This document shows positions 48,188 to 57,457 of a DNA stretch of 64,000 nucleotides, piece by piece. The DNA lies in the NCBI GenBank assembly GCA_045591465.1, contig JAZNSZ010000018.1:5730-69729 (forward strand). The letters run 5' to 3'. The position numbers were made by a program, and so were the translations under genes. Position 1 is the first letter of the stretch, and each line of letters opens with the position of its first letter. This stretch comes from Acutalibacteraceae bacterium. Lineage in GTDB: Bacteria; Bacillota; Clostridia; Oscillospirales; Acutalibacteraceae. The notes beneath the pieces are model-generated. The model had not been told where the DNA came from, did not search any database, and was given only the letters and a program-made list of their open reading frames with translations.

Positions 48188-48228
48188 TACCGTATTCATC
48201 AATCAAATTGCGTTTGATGAATACGGTA
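48188..48228. other. Perfect 15-bp inverted repeat with 11-nt spacer between the GH lipoprotein gene and thuA-like
   Basis: TACCGTATTCATCAA-tcaaattgcgt-TTGATGAATACGGTA. No T-run follows. Confidence 0.6.
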
Positions 48229-48275
48229 TTACAATATAAGGGCAATTTTAGGTTGATTTTCAAAGAAGGTACATT

Positions 48276-48995
48276 ATGATAAAAGTAACTATTTTTAACG
48301 AATTTATTCACGAAATTGAAAGAGAAGATATTAAAGCAGTTTATCCCGATGGTATTCATAATGCCATTAAACAGGGTATTGAATGCGAAGATATAGCAGT
48401 AAAAACCTTCACTTTGCAAAATGTTGAAGAAATCACCGATGAAGTATTGGAAGATACCGATGTTATCATTTGGTGGGGCCATAAGGGGCATAATCGCGTA
48501 CCTGATGAGGTTGCAACACGCGTTCAAACAGCAGTTCTTGATGGTATGGGCGCTATATTCTTACATTCAGGACACCACTCCAAGCCATTCAAGAAACTTA
48601 TGGGTACTACTTGTAATCTTACTTGGAGAGAAAACGGTGACTACGAATTGGTTTGGGCTATAAAGCCTTCTCATCCGATAGCGCAGGGGATTGACCGCTT
48701 TATCAAACTCCCGAATGTTGAAACTTACGGCGAACCTTTTGATATTCCTGAACCTGATGAACTTGTTTTTATTGGTTCATATGAAGGTGGCGAAGCATTT
48801 CGTTCGGGTTGTTGTTGGAAAAGAGGAAACGGTAAGATTTTCTATTTCCAACCCGGTCACGAATCATATCCAATCTTCTATAATGAAGAAATTTTAACAG
48901 TTATTAGAAATGCAGTTTGTTGGGCAAAATCGGATTATAGAACCCCTATTCGCTGTCCAAGAGCAAAGAAACCCCTAGAAGATAAAAGTTTATAA
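48276..48995 (+). CDS. ThuA-like protein (class I glutamine amidotransferase-like fold)
   Basis: MIKVTIFNEF...VYPDGIHNAI...IIWWGH...FLHSGH, typical of the ThuA family. 239 aa. Confidence 0.75.
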   Translation: MIKVTIFNEFIHEIEREDIKAVYPDGIHNAIKQGIECEDIAVKTFTLQNVEEITDEVLEDTDVIIWWGHKGHNRVPDEVATRVQTAVLDGMGAIFLHSGHHSKPFKKLMGTTCNLTWRENGDYELVWAIKPSHPIAQGIDRFIKLPNVETYGEPFDIPEPDELVFIGSYEGGEAFRSGCCWKRGNGKIFYFQPGHESYPIFYNEEILTVIRNAVCWAKSDYRTPIRCPRAKKPLEDKSL

Positions 48996-49041
48996 AAAAG
49001 TTGTCGATAATGGTAAAATATGAAAATCGAGGGAGAAGATT

Positions 49042-50208
49042 ATGACTAACGATAATATTTTAGACCGCTTTGATGCTACTATCACCGAGGAAGACAAGGT
49101 GGACACAAATAAGAAAATAAAAATCGGTATAATTGGTACTGGCTGGATAGCTGAAGCACACATACGTGAGTATAAAAAGATGCCCGATGTTGAGGTTGTA
49201 GCCTTAGCTGATATTGTTGACGGAAAGGCGAAAGCCTTTGCGGAAAAATTTGGCATTGAAAACTGTAAGTTTTACCCGTCACATAAGGAACTTATCGATG
49301 CGGGGGAAGTGGACGCAGTTTCTATATGTACATATAATAGCCAACATGCTGCGCCGACAATTTACGCTTTGAAGAATGGTGTTCACGTATTGCTTGAAAA
49401 ACCGTTCACTGTTACTTTAGACGAAGCCGTTGAAGTTATGAAGGCGGAAAAAGAATCGGGCAAGATTCTTTCTATCGGTTTCCAACCCAGAATGGCAGCT
49501 AATATGCAAATGATAAAGAAAATAGTTGATTCAGGGGAATTAGGTAAGATTTATTATCTTCAAGCCGGAGGCGGACGCCGTCACGGTATACCTACTCCTT
49601 ACGGCACTACCTTTATCGAGGCAGAAACCGGTGGCATAGGCGCTATGGGTGATATTGGATGCTATTCACTTGATATGCTCCTTAATGCAGTTGGTTACCC
49701 GAAGCCGTTAACCGTTACAGGCTACACATCGGACTTCTTTGGCAAGACCGCTGATTACTATACTTACGATGGCAAACCTGCAGAGTATGCTGAAAAATTT
49801 GGTGTTGATGATTTCGCAGCAGGTTTTATTCGTTTAGAAGGTGGCATTATTCTTGATTTCCGTATTTCATGGGCTATGAATATGGATACCTGCGGCGACG
49901 CGCTTATTTTAGGTACAAAGGGTGGTTTGCGCATTCCGTCAACAGAATGTTGGAATGGTGATTTTAATAAGCCGCTTACTGTATATCGTGATGTTGCAGG
50001 TAAAAGAACCGAGTATACTATTCCGTTGCTTGAAAACAAGGAACCATTATTTTATAAAAAGATACGCTCATTCCTTGACGCTGTTAAGGCGGGTAAATCG
50101 GCGCCTGTTCCTTCAAGTCAGATTATTTACAACCAGGCTATTATTGACGGTATTGTAAAGTCTAACGAATTGGGACGAGAAATCGAAGTAGAGATTCCGG
50201 AAATTTAA
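49042..50208 (+). CDS. Gfo/Idh/MocA-family NAD(P)-dependent oxidoreductase
   Basis: KIGIIGTGWIAEAH Rossmann motif and an EKP motif (VLLEKPF). Confidence 0.85.
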   Translation: MTNDNILDRFDATITEEDKVDTNKKIKIGIIGTGWIAEAHIREYKKMPDVEVVALADIVDGKAKAFAEKFGIENCKFYPSHKELIDAGEVDAVSICTYNSQHAAPTIYALKNGVHVLLEKPFTVTLDEAVEVMKAEKESGKILSIGFQPRMAANMQMIKKIVDSGELGKIYYLQAGGGRRHGIPTPYGTTFIEAETGGIGAMGDIGCYSLDMLLNAVGYPKPLTVTGYTSDFFGKTADYYTYDGKPAEYAEKFGVDDFAAGFIRLEGGIILDFRISWAMNMDTCGDALILGTKGGLRIPSTECWNGDFNKPLTVYRDVAGKRTEYTIPLLENKEPLFYKKIRSFLDAVKAGKSAPVPSSQIIYNQAIIDGIVKSNELGREIEVEIPEI

Positions 50209-50223
50209 GGGAGTTGTGTTAAT

Positions 50224-51036
50224 ATGAAAGATTTTCCTGTTGCGCTTCAACTTTATTCAGTGCGAGATGTGATGAGAACGGATTTTGAAGGCACCTTAAA
50301 AAAAGTAAAGGCATTAGGTTATGACGGGGTAGAATTTGCTGGTCTTTTTAATAAGACAGCAGGTGAAGTCAAGAAAATGTGCGACGAAATCGGTCTTGTT
50401 CCGATTTCCGCGCATGTACCTTTTGTTGATATGATTAATGACCCTTCAATATTAGAAACTTATAAAGAAATCGGTTGTGAATTTGTGGTGATCCCTTATC
50501 TAACCGAAGAATACCGCCCCGGCGCTGAGAAATTCCAAGAAGTTATTGACGGCGCTAAAATGCTTGGAGAAAAGGCAAATGCGCTTGGGATGAAACTTTG
50601 CTACCATAATCACGATTTTGAGTTTGTAAAACTCGACGGAGAATATGCTCTTGATATTCTTTATAAAGAGGTTCCCGCTGAACTTTTACAACCCGAACTT
50701 GATACTTGTTGGGTAAATATCGGCGGTGAAAATCCAAGTGATTATATCCGCAAATATTCAGGTCGTATTGAAATAGTGCATTTGAAGGACTTTGTAGGTT
50801 CGAGAAGCAATAATATGTATGCTCTTATTGGTATTGATGAAGATAAGAAAAAAGATACAGACGGCAAGTTTGAATTCCGCCCTGTAGGATCGGGTGTTCA
50901 AGATTTCGAGTCTATACTAGCCGCTTCTAAGCAAGTCGGTGCGCGATGGGTAGTTGTTGAGCAGGATAATCCGAGTATGGGTAAATCTTCGCTTGAATGC
51001 GCAGAAATCAGCATTAACTATCTTAATTCTTTGTAA
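50224..51036 (+). CDS. Sugar phosphate isomerase/epimerase (xylose isomerase-like TIM barrel)
   Basis: QLYSVRD...GYDGVEF...HNHDFEF...VVVEQD pattern. 270 aa. Confidence 0.85.
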   Translation: MKDFPVALQLYSVRDVMRTDFEGTLKKVKALGYDGVEFAGLFNKTAGEVKKMCDEIGLVPISAHVPFVDMINDPSILETYKEIGCEFVVIPYLTEEYRPGAEKFQEVIDGAKMLGEKANALGMKLCYHNHDFEFVKLDGEYALDILYKEVPAELLQPELDTCWVNIGGENPSDYIRKYSGRIEIVHLKDFVGSRSNNMYALIGIDEDKKKDTDGKFEFRPVGSGVQDFESILAASKQVGARWVVVEQDNPSMGKSSLECAEISINYLNSL

Positions 51037-51066
51037 AAATAATAATTTTTAAAAAAGGTGCTTTTG

Positions 51067-51519
51067 ATGCTATTATATTTTGTGCGTCACGGCGATCCAA
51101 TTTATAGGCCCGATTCTCTTACCGAATTAGGACATGAACAAGCAGAGGCTCTTGCTAAAAGATTAGCGTTACATGGCATGGATCAGATATATTCTTCATC
51201 AATGAACCGAGCAGTTTTAACAGCAACACCACTCGCAAAACTTTTGAAAAAAATTATACAGTTAGATTGGTGCCGTGAAAATCTTGCTTCTCAGGAATTT
51301 AGGTATACCTCTAATGATAAAACATTTTGGATGTTTGCTCTTCCGGATGTTAGAAAACTTTTAAATTCACCTGAGGTTTTGGCACTGGGCAAGGAATGGT
51401 ATCGTCATGAGGCTTTTCCCGAAAATATCGGTAACGGCGTAAAAAGAATTGATGCCGAAGCGGATAAATTCTTGGAGTCATTAGGATATGTTCACGATCG
51501 TGCAAACAATACCAAATAA
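51067..51519 (+). CDS. Histidine phosphatase family protein (short)
   Basis: N-terminal LYFVRHGD (RHG motif). AAGGTG RBS before the ATG at 51067. Confidence 0.65.
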   Translation: MLLYFVRHGDPIYRPDSLTELGHEQAEALAKRLALHGMDQIYSSSMNRAVLTATPLAKLLKKIIQLDWCRENLASQEFRYTSNDKTFWMFALPDVRKLLNSPEVLALGKEWYRHEAFPENIGNGVKRIDAEADKFLESLGYVHDRANNTK

Positions 51520-51523
51520 AATT

Positions 51524-51553
51524 AAGGTCTGTTAGATTAATCTAACAGACCTT
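51524..51553. terminator. Bidirectional terminator
   Basis: AAGGTCTGTTAGA-ttaa-TCTAACAGACCTT. Confidence 0.7.
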
Positions 51554-51563
51554 GTCTTTGTTC

Positions 51564-52022
51564 TTAAACCTTTACTTTAACAACTATTTTTTTAACCGGA
51601 GCCTTATTTCCACCCAGTGACATTCCGGGTTTATGTATATCGTGCGGGAAGAAGATTCCATATTCGCCATCTTCAATAACAGCAGTTGATGCTTTATCTA
51701 AGTTTTCGTAATTTTGCAAATCTCTTTCTGCGTTATATTCGGTATTTGGGGTCATTTTAGAAATATCAGCAAATCCCATAACTTCTACACCGCGAGCAAT
51801 AAACTGAATATCGATGTAATTTTGGTGACCTTCAAATTTGCAGTCGGCTTCGTCTCTTGTTATGTTTTCCATTACATTGGCATAAACATCGGCGCCGTCT
51901 ATTTCATACCTTCCGGGTTCATAATTTTCGCTTACCGCTTTTTTAAGAAAATCAAAAGCTTTTTCAAAATTCTTGTGAACAGAAAAGTATTTTTCGCAAT
52001 TTTTAATGTTATCAGCAATCAT
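51564..52022 (-). CDS. YhcH/YjgK/YiaL-family protein (DUF386)
   Basis: GRYEIDG...YANV...FEGHQNYIDIQ...FFPHDIHKP pattern. GAGGTG RBS before the ATG at 52022; the track ORF extends to 52085. Confidence 0.8.
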   Translation of the reverse strand: MIADNIKNCEKYFSVHKNFEKAFDFLKKAVSENYEPGRYEIDGADVYANVMENITRDEADCKFEGHQNYIDIQFIARGVEVMGFADISKMTPNTEYNAERDLQNYENLDKASTAVIEDGEYGIFFPHDIHKPGMSLGGNKAPVKKIVVKVKV

Positions 52023-52242
52023 TTTTTTACACCTCATTATAGATTTATAATAATTATACAACAAACGACAAAAAGAAACAAGCACAAATTTCTAACCGCC
52101 TGTAAAGCAGATTTAATTGGTCAGAAAGGGAATGCAACATGTTTTCGGTGGAAATATAACAAAAAAGACGGCATAACTATCGTCTTTTTTGAATATATAG
52201 TCCCTTTACATTAATTTTTTTGGGTGATATAATAATTGTTAT

Positions 52243-52291
52243 GGTTTGTCGAAACGCTAAAAAACGTGTTGACAAACCGCTTTTTAAGTGG
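52243..52291 (+). repeat. Copy 1 of a 49-bp hairpin element (GGTTTGTCGAAAC...GACAAACC GCTTTTTAAGTGG) in the sulP leader
   Basis: Near-identical, in inverted orientation, to 63436-63484. Confidence 0.75.
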
Positions 52292-52362
52292 TGAAACAAT
52301 CTGGTTTCACCTAACCTATATCATTTATAACATAAACTGCTGAAAATAAAAGGGGAAATGTT

Positions 52363-53634
52363 ATGTTGGCTTATCTTAAACCGAAGTTGTTTTCGGTCAT
52401 TAAGGATTATACGAAAACTCAGTTTTTAAAGGACTTAACAGCGGGATTGATCGTGGCTATTATTGCTTTGCCACTTTCAATCGCTTTGGCACTTGCATCA
52501 GGTGTGGAACCCGCTTGTGGTATTTATACCGCTATTGCCGCAGGATTTTTTGTGGCGCTTTTGGGTGGTAGCCGTGTGCAAATTGCAGGTCCTACCGCCG
52601 CCTTCGCAACCATTGTAGCGGGTGTTGTAGCATCTCAGGGCATGGACGGATTATTTATAGCCACAGTTATTGCGGGTATTATGCTCATTCTAATGGGTGT
52701 ATTAAAACTCGGCGGCTTGATTAAATTTATACCCCACGCAATTACTGTTGGGTTTACGGGCGGTATTGCTGTTACAATTTTGCTCGGTCAGATTAAAGAC
52801 TTTTTAGGTATTACATATGAGAGCGGTGTTCGTCCTATTGAAGCCATGGAGAAAATGGAAGCCAATATTGAGTTTATTGGAACATTTTCGTGGCAGGCGG
52901 CTGTTGTGGGGGTTATAAGCCTTGCAATACTTACTTTATATCCCAAAATAGAAAAACGTGTTCCGCCTTCACTCATTGCGGTTGTGGTTGGTGCTGTAAT
53001 TGTTGGTGTAATTCCTGCTTTTTCAAGTGGAGTATATACTATTGGTGACCTTTACACAATACCGTCAGGGTTACCGAAAATAGATTTTTCGGCAATGGAC
53101 TTTAGCGCAAGTAAAATTGTTGCGGTATTGCCCGACGCGGTTACAATAGCCGTTTTGGCGGCAATCGAATCTTTACTTTCTTGTGTTGTGGCAGATGGTA
53201 TGGTGGGTTCTAAGCATAATTCCAATGCGGAACTTGTAGCGCAGGGTGTTGGTAACATTGCAAGTGTTATGTTTGGTGGTATCGCCGCTACGGGCGCTAT
53301 TGCAAGAACGGCAGCCAACATCAAAAACGGTGGTAGAACACCCGTTGCCGCTATGGTGCACTCGATTGTGCTTTTGCTTGTGCTCTTGTTCCTTATGCCT
53401 TATGCCGAACTTATTCCAATGCCCGTTATTGCGGCAATATTGTTCGTTGTGGCTTATAATATGAGTGAGTGGCGCAAATTTGTTGCAATAGTAAAATCTA
53501 AAAATTATACAGATATTTTGATTCTTGCATTAACCTTTATTCTTACAGTTGTTTTCGATTTAGTCGTAGCAATCGCTGTTGGTATGGTTGTGTATTACTT
53601 GATTGTTGTTATAAAGAAGATTTCAAAGAAATAA
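52363..53634 (+). CDS. SulP-family anion transporter, no STAS domain
   Basis: Sulfate-transporter-type TM domain (LTAGLIVAIIALPLSIALALASGV...). 423 aa, followed by a terminator. Confidence 0.8.
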   Translation: MLAYLKPKLFSVIKDYTKTQFLKDLTAGLIVAIIALPLSIALALASGVEPACGIYTAIAAGFFVALLGGSRVQIAGPTAAFATIVAGVVASQGMDGLFIATVIAGIMLILMGVLKLGGLIKFIPHAITVGFTGGIAVTILLGQIKDFLGITYESGVRPIEAMEKMEANIEFIGTFSWQAAVVGVISLAILTLYPKIEKRVPPSLIAVVVGAVIVGVIPAFSSGVYTIGDLYTIPSGLPKIDFSAMDFSASKIVAVLPDAVTIAVLAAIESLLSCVVADGMVGSKHNSNAELVAQGVGNIASVMFGGIAATGAIARTAANIKNGGRTPVAAMVHSIVLLLVLLFLMPYAELIPMPVIAAILFVVAYNMSEWRKFVAIVKSKNYTDILILALTFILTVVFDLVVAIAVGMVVYYLIVVIKKISKK

Positions 53635-53802
53635 GTTTTAGCATGAATTATTATGTTTTAACGGTGTGGTTTACAAAGACCGCACCGTTTTTTATTTATA
53701 TAAAATTCCCCGCCCCTTATACAATAAAATACAAAGGACGGGGGAGTAGTGTTTTATATCGAAAACGACTAGCAATACATATTCGGATTTTTAGGGTGCT
53801 TA

Positions 53803-54552
53803 TTATTCGTAATCTACAACATCAACCCAAGTCAGCAAGAATTCGCGTTCTTTTATCTGGCCCTTTACTGACTGAGAAGCGGCAACGATGGGCATCCATT
53901 TTTGAACATACTGTTTAGCAGTATTGCTCTTTTTGCAGAACAAATCAAGGTAATTTTTAGCGCCTTCAATATCGCCGTTAAGACAGAACAACAAGTAAGT
54001 ACGAGCGGCATCGGCAGAAGCGTTACCTTGGGTTGCGTGAGACCAGTCAAGTATATAAGGAGTACCGTCTTCAGCGATGATAACGTTGGAAGGATTAAAG
54101 TCGCCGTGACAAACCTTGTTATGCTTGGGCATACCTTCAAGGCGGGTATGGAGTTCGTAACGGGTTGTAGCATCAAGTTCGGTAGCCGAAATTTTGCGGT
54201 TCATTTTGTCCTTGAGTTTATTAAGAAGGGGACTCTTTTTATCGTGAACTGAAAGTTGCAAATCAACAAGCAATTCAAGATATTCTTGGCTTTTCTCGGT
54301 ATTTTCTTCCATAAGTTGAGCCAGGGTCTTACCCTTGATATACTCAGATACGATTGCCCATTTGCCATCAACCATAGTTACTTCTAAAATCTTGGGGATA
54401 TTAAGACCGGTTTCTTCAATACGAGCCTGATTTAATGCTTCGTTGAGAACATCGGCTTTTGAATAATTTTCGTCGAATACTTTTATGCATCTTTCGCCAT
54501 CGCGATAAATTGTTTTATTATTTCTAACTGCAATTACTTTATCAAATTTCAT
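53803..54552 (-). CDS. APH/choline-kinase-like phosphotransferase family protein
   Basis: Brenner-type motif VCHGDFNPSNVII and a downstream ILDWS. Confidence 0.7.
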   Translation of the reverse strand: MKFDKVIAVRNNKTIYRDGERCIKVFDENYSKADVLNEALNQARIEETGLNIPKILEVTMVDGKWAIVSEYIKGKTLAQLMEENTEKSQEYLELLVDLQLSVHDKKSPLLNKLKDKMNRKISATELDATTRYELHTRLEGMPKHNKVCHGDFNPSNVIIAEDGTPYILDWSHATQGNASADAARTYLLFCLNGDIEGAKNYLDLFCKKSNTAKQYVQKWMPIVAASQSVKGQIKEREFLLTWVDVVDYE

Positions 54553-54570
54553 TTGTTATTTCTCCCTTAA

Positions 54571-57228
54571 TTATGCTTTTTTACCTTTGCTTAATGCGGT
54601 TGGTTTTTCGGTTTCAACGAAATGTTTGCCATAATAAGCGTTCAAGTACATTTGCTTTATTTCGCTCATAAGCGGATAACGGGGGTTTGCGCCTGTGCAC
54701 TGGTCGTCAAATGCCTGCTCAACCATATCGTCAAGACGAGCAAGGAAGTCTTCTTCATCAATGCCGTAATCTTTAATGGTTTCCTTAATGCCAACCTTTG
54801 CCTTAAGTTCGTTAATAGCCTTAATAAGATTTTCAAGTTTTTCTTCATCAGTCTTACCGCCAAGTCCGAGATAATCAGCGATTTCAGCATAACGAGCAAG
54901 AGTATGAGGATGGTCGTATTGAGAGAATGTACCCATTTTTGTAGGCGCTTCACTTGCATTGAAGCGGATAACTTCTTCAATCATGAGAGCGTTAGCAACA
55001 CCGTGAGGGAGATGGTGGAAAGCACCGAGTTTATGAGCCATAGAGTGACAAATTCCAAGGAAAGCATTAGCAAATGCCATACCAGCCATGGTAGCCGCAT
55101 TAGCCATCTTTTCACGTGCTTCTACATCGGTTTGACCGTTATCGTAAGCACGGGGGAGATACTTAAAGATGTTCTTAAGAGCCTGGAGCGCTAGAACATC
55201 TGTATAATCGGTAGCGAGCATAGCCGCATAAGCTTCAACGGCGTGAGTTACAGCATCTATACCTGAAGCCGCAGTCAATCCCTTAGGAGCGCTCATGTGG
55301 AAATCGGTATCAATGATTGCCATGTTGGGAAGTAATTCATAGTCGGCAAGGGGATATTTTACGCCGGTATCGCCATCGGTGATAACTGCAAAAGGAGTAA
55401 CTTCAGAACCGGTACCTGCAGAAGTAGGAATTGCAATGAAGTAAGCCTTTTCACCCATTTTTGGGAATGTGTAAACACGTTTGCGGATATCGATAAAGCG
55501 CATTGCCATATCCAAAAAGTCGGCTTCGGGATGCTCATAGAGAACCCACATGATCTTAGCAGCGTCCATTGCAGAACCACCGCCGAGAGCAATAATGGTA
55601 TCGGGCTTAAAGGCAGCCATTTGTTTTGCGCCGTCCTGAGCGTTCTTCAAAGTCGGGTCGGGTTGAACGTCAAAGAATGTGGTATGTGCAATACCCATTT
55701 CGTCGAGTTTATCAGTAATAGGCTTTGTGTAGCCGTTTTCGTAAAGGAAGGTATCGGTTACGATAAATGCTCTCTTACAACCGCGTACAGTTCTAAGCTC
55801 ATCGAGAGCTACCGGCAAACATCCTTTCTTGATATATACCTTTTCAGGTGCGCGGAACCAAAGCATATTTTCCCTTCTTTCTGCTACTGTTTTAATATTC
55901 AAAAGGTGTTTAACACCTACGTTGTCGGATACAGAGTTGCCACCCCAAGAACCACATCCGAGTGTGAGCGAAGGGGCGAGTTTGAAGTTGTAAAGGTCAC
56001 CGATACCGCCGTGTGAAGAAGGAGTATTTACGAGAATACGGCAGGTCTTCATTCTTGCGGCAAAAGCGTTTAATTTTTCTTGTTCGGTAACTTCGTTAAG
56101 GTAGACTGAAGAAGTATGACCAAAACCGCCGTCTTCAACGAGTTTTTCTGCCTTGTCGAGTGCTTCACCGAAGTCTTTTGCCTTATACATTGCAAGAACA
56201 GGAGAAAGTTTTTCGTGAGCAAATTCTTCGGTTATTTCTACGCTTTCAACTTCGCCGATAAGGATTTTTGTACCTTCGGGTACGGTAACGCCCGCAAGTT
56301 CAGCAATCTTTGCAGCACTCTGACCAACTATTTTTGCATTAAGTGCGCCGTTGATGATAATAGTTTTGCGAACCTTTTCGGTTTCGGCTTCGTCTAAGAA
56401 GTAGCAACCGCGTGTTGCAAATTCTTCTTTAACAGCGTCATAAATGCTTTCAAGTACAATAACAGATTGTTCAGAAGCACAAATCATACCGTTATCGAAT
56501 GTTTTAGAATGAATAATAGAGTTTACTGCTAAAAGAATATCAGCGCTGTCGTCAATGATAGCAGGAGTATTACCCGCTCCAACGCCCAATGCGGGTTTAC
56601 CGCTTGAATAAGCCGCCTTAACCATTCCGGGACCACCGGTAGCAAGGATAATATCCGCTTCTTTCATAACAGTATTGGTCATATCAAGGGAAGGAACGTC
56701 AATCCAGTCGATAATACCTTCAGGAGCACCTGCTTTGACAGCGGCTTCAAGAATTAATTTTGCAGCAGCAATAGTGCTGTTTTTTGCACGAGGATGTGGG
56801 CTGATGATAATAGCGTTACGAGTTTTAAGAGCAAGTAAGCATTTGAAAATTGCGGTAGAAGTGGGGTTGGTGGTTGGGATAACTGCCGCAACAACACCAA
56901 TCGGTTCTGCTATTTTTTTGGTGCCAAAGGCTTTGTCTTCTTCAATAATACCGCAGGTTTTGGTTTCTTTATAAGCATTGTAAATGTATTCTGCGGCGTA
57001 GTTGTTTTTAATAACCTTATCTTCTACAATACCCATGCCTGTTTCTTCTACTGCCATTTTTGCCAGACTGATTCTTGCTTTGTTAGCGGCAGAAGCGGCG
57101 GCTAAAAAGATTTTATCTACCTGTTCTTGTGTATAAGTAGCAAATATCTTTTGCGCCTCTCTTGTGCGAACAATAGCTTCTTCGAGCTTTTCAACGCTGT
57201 CTACGATTAAATAATTTTTGGTATCCAT
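54571..57228 (-). CDS. adhE: Bifunctional acetaldehyde-CoA/alcohol dehydrogenase
   Basis: 885 aa. N-terminal ALDH domain (catalytic Cys context FDNGMICASEQ) and a C-terminal iron-ADH domain (GGGSAMDAAK). Confidence 0.95.
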   Translation of the reverse strand: MDTKNYLIVDSVEKLEEAIVRTREAQKIFATYTQEQVDKIFLAAASAANKARISLAKMAVEETGMGIVEDKVIKNNYAAEYIYNAYKETKTCGIIEEDKAFGTKKIAEPIGVVAAVIPTTNPTSTAIFKCLLALKTRNAIIISPHPRAKNSTIAAAKLILEAAVKAGAPEGIIDWIDVPSLDMTNTVMKEADIILATGGPGMVKAAYSSGKPALGVGAGNTPAIIDDSADILLAVNSIIHSKTFDNGMICASEQSVIVLESIYDAVKEEFATRGCYFLDEAETEKVRKTIIINGALNAKIVGQSAAKIAELAGVTVPEGTKILIGEVESVEITEEFAHEKLSPVLAMYKAKDFGEALDKAEKLVEDGGFGHTSSVYLNEVTEQEKLNAFAARMKTCRILVNTPSSHGGIGDLYNFKLAPSLTLGCGSWGGNSVSDNVGVKHLLNIKTVAERRENMLWFRAPEKVYIKKGCLPVALDELRTVRGCKRAFIVTDTFLYENGYTKPITDKLDEMGIAHTTFFDVQPDPTLKNAQDGAKQMAAFKPDTIIALGGGSAMDAAKIMWVLYEHPEADFLDMAMRFIDIRKRVYTFPKMGEKAYFIAIPTSAGTGSEVTPFAVITDGDTGVKYPLADYELLPNMAIIDTDFHMSAPKGLTAASGIDAVTHAVEAYAAMLATDYTDVLALQALKNIFKYLPRAYDNGQTDVEAREKMANAATMAGMAFANAFLGICHSMAHKLGAFHHLPHGVANALMIEEVIRFNASEAPTKMGTFSQYDHPHTLARYAEIADYLGLGGKTDEEKLENLIKAINELKAKVGIKETIKDYGIDEEDFLARLDDMVEQAFDDQCTGANPRYPLMSEIKQMYLNAYYGKHFVETEKPTALSKGKKA

Positions 57229-57457
57229 TATATATCCTCCCGGTTTGAATTATATGATTAATTATTATAGTATGCGAGTAAACGCGCTAAATTTTCGAAA
57301 CATCATATTTTTCGAGTTCGTTATTATTTTAACAAACAAAAAATGAATTGAAAATTCTTAAAATAGATAATTGGTATTATCAATATAGATAACAACCGTA
57401 GCCAATACAAAAATTAATCCCGACTTCTCTTAAGAAATCGGGATTGAAATCACGTTA

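Noticed and set aside
52363-53634. The SulP transporter might be a truncated pseudogene, since it lacks the C-terminal STAS domain.
   Set aside because: The ORF ends cleanly after the last TM segment with a KK-rich tail and is followed by a good terminator (53664-53692). No STAS-like remnant appears in any frame downstream. It is treated as a naturally STAS-less family member.
53643-53918. 91-aa plus-strand ORF after sulP.
   Set aside because: It spans two terminator hairpins and overlaps the 3' end of the convergent kinase gene. It has no RBS and an odd composition.
57229-57457. Looked for a Rex operator (TTGTGAA-N4-TTCACAA) or a LysR T-N11-A box upstream of adhE.
   Set aside because: There is no Rex-like site. 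Only a short GATAAT-tggt-ATTATC inverted repeat (about 57366-57381) occurs in very AT-rich DNA, which is too weak to call.
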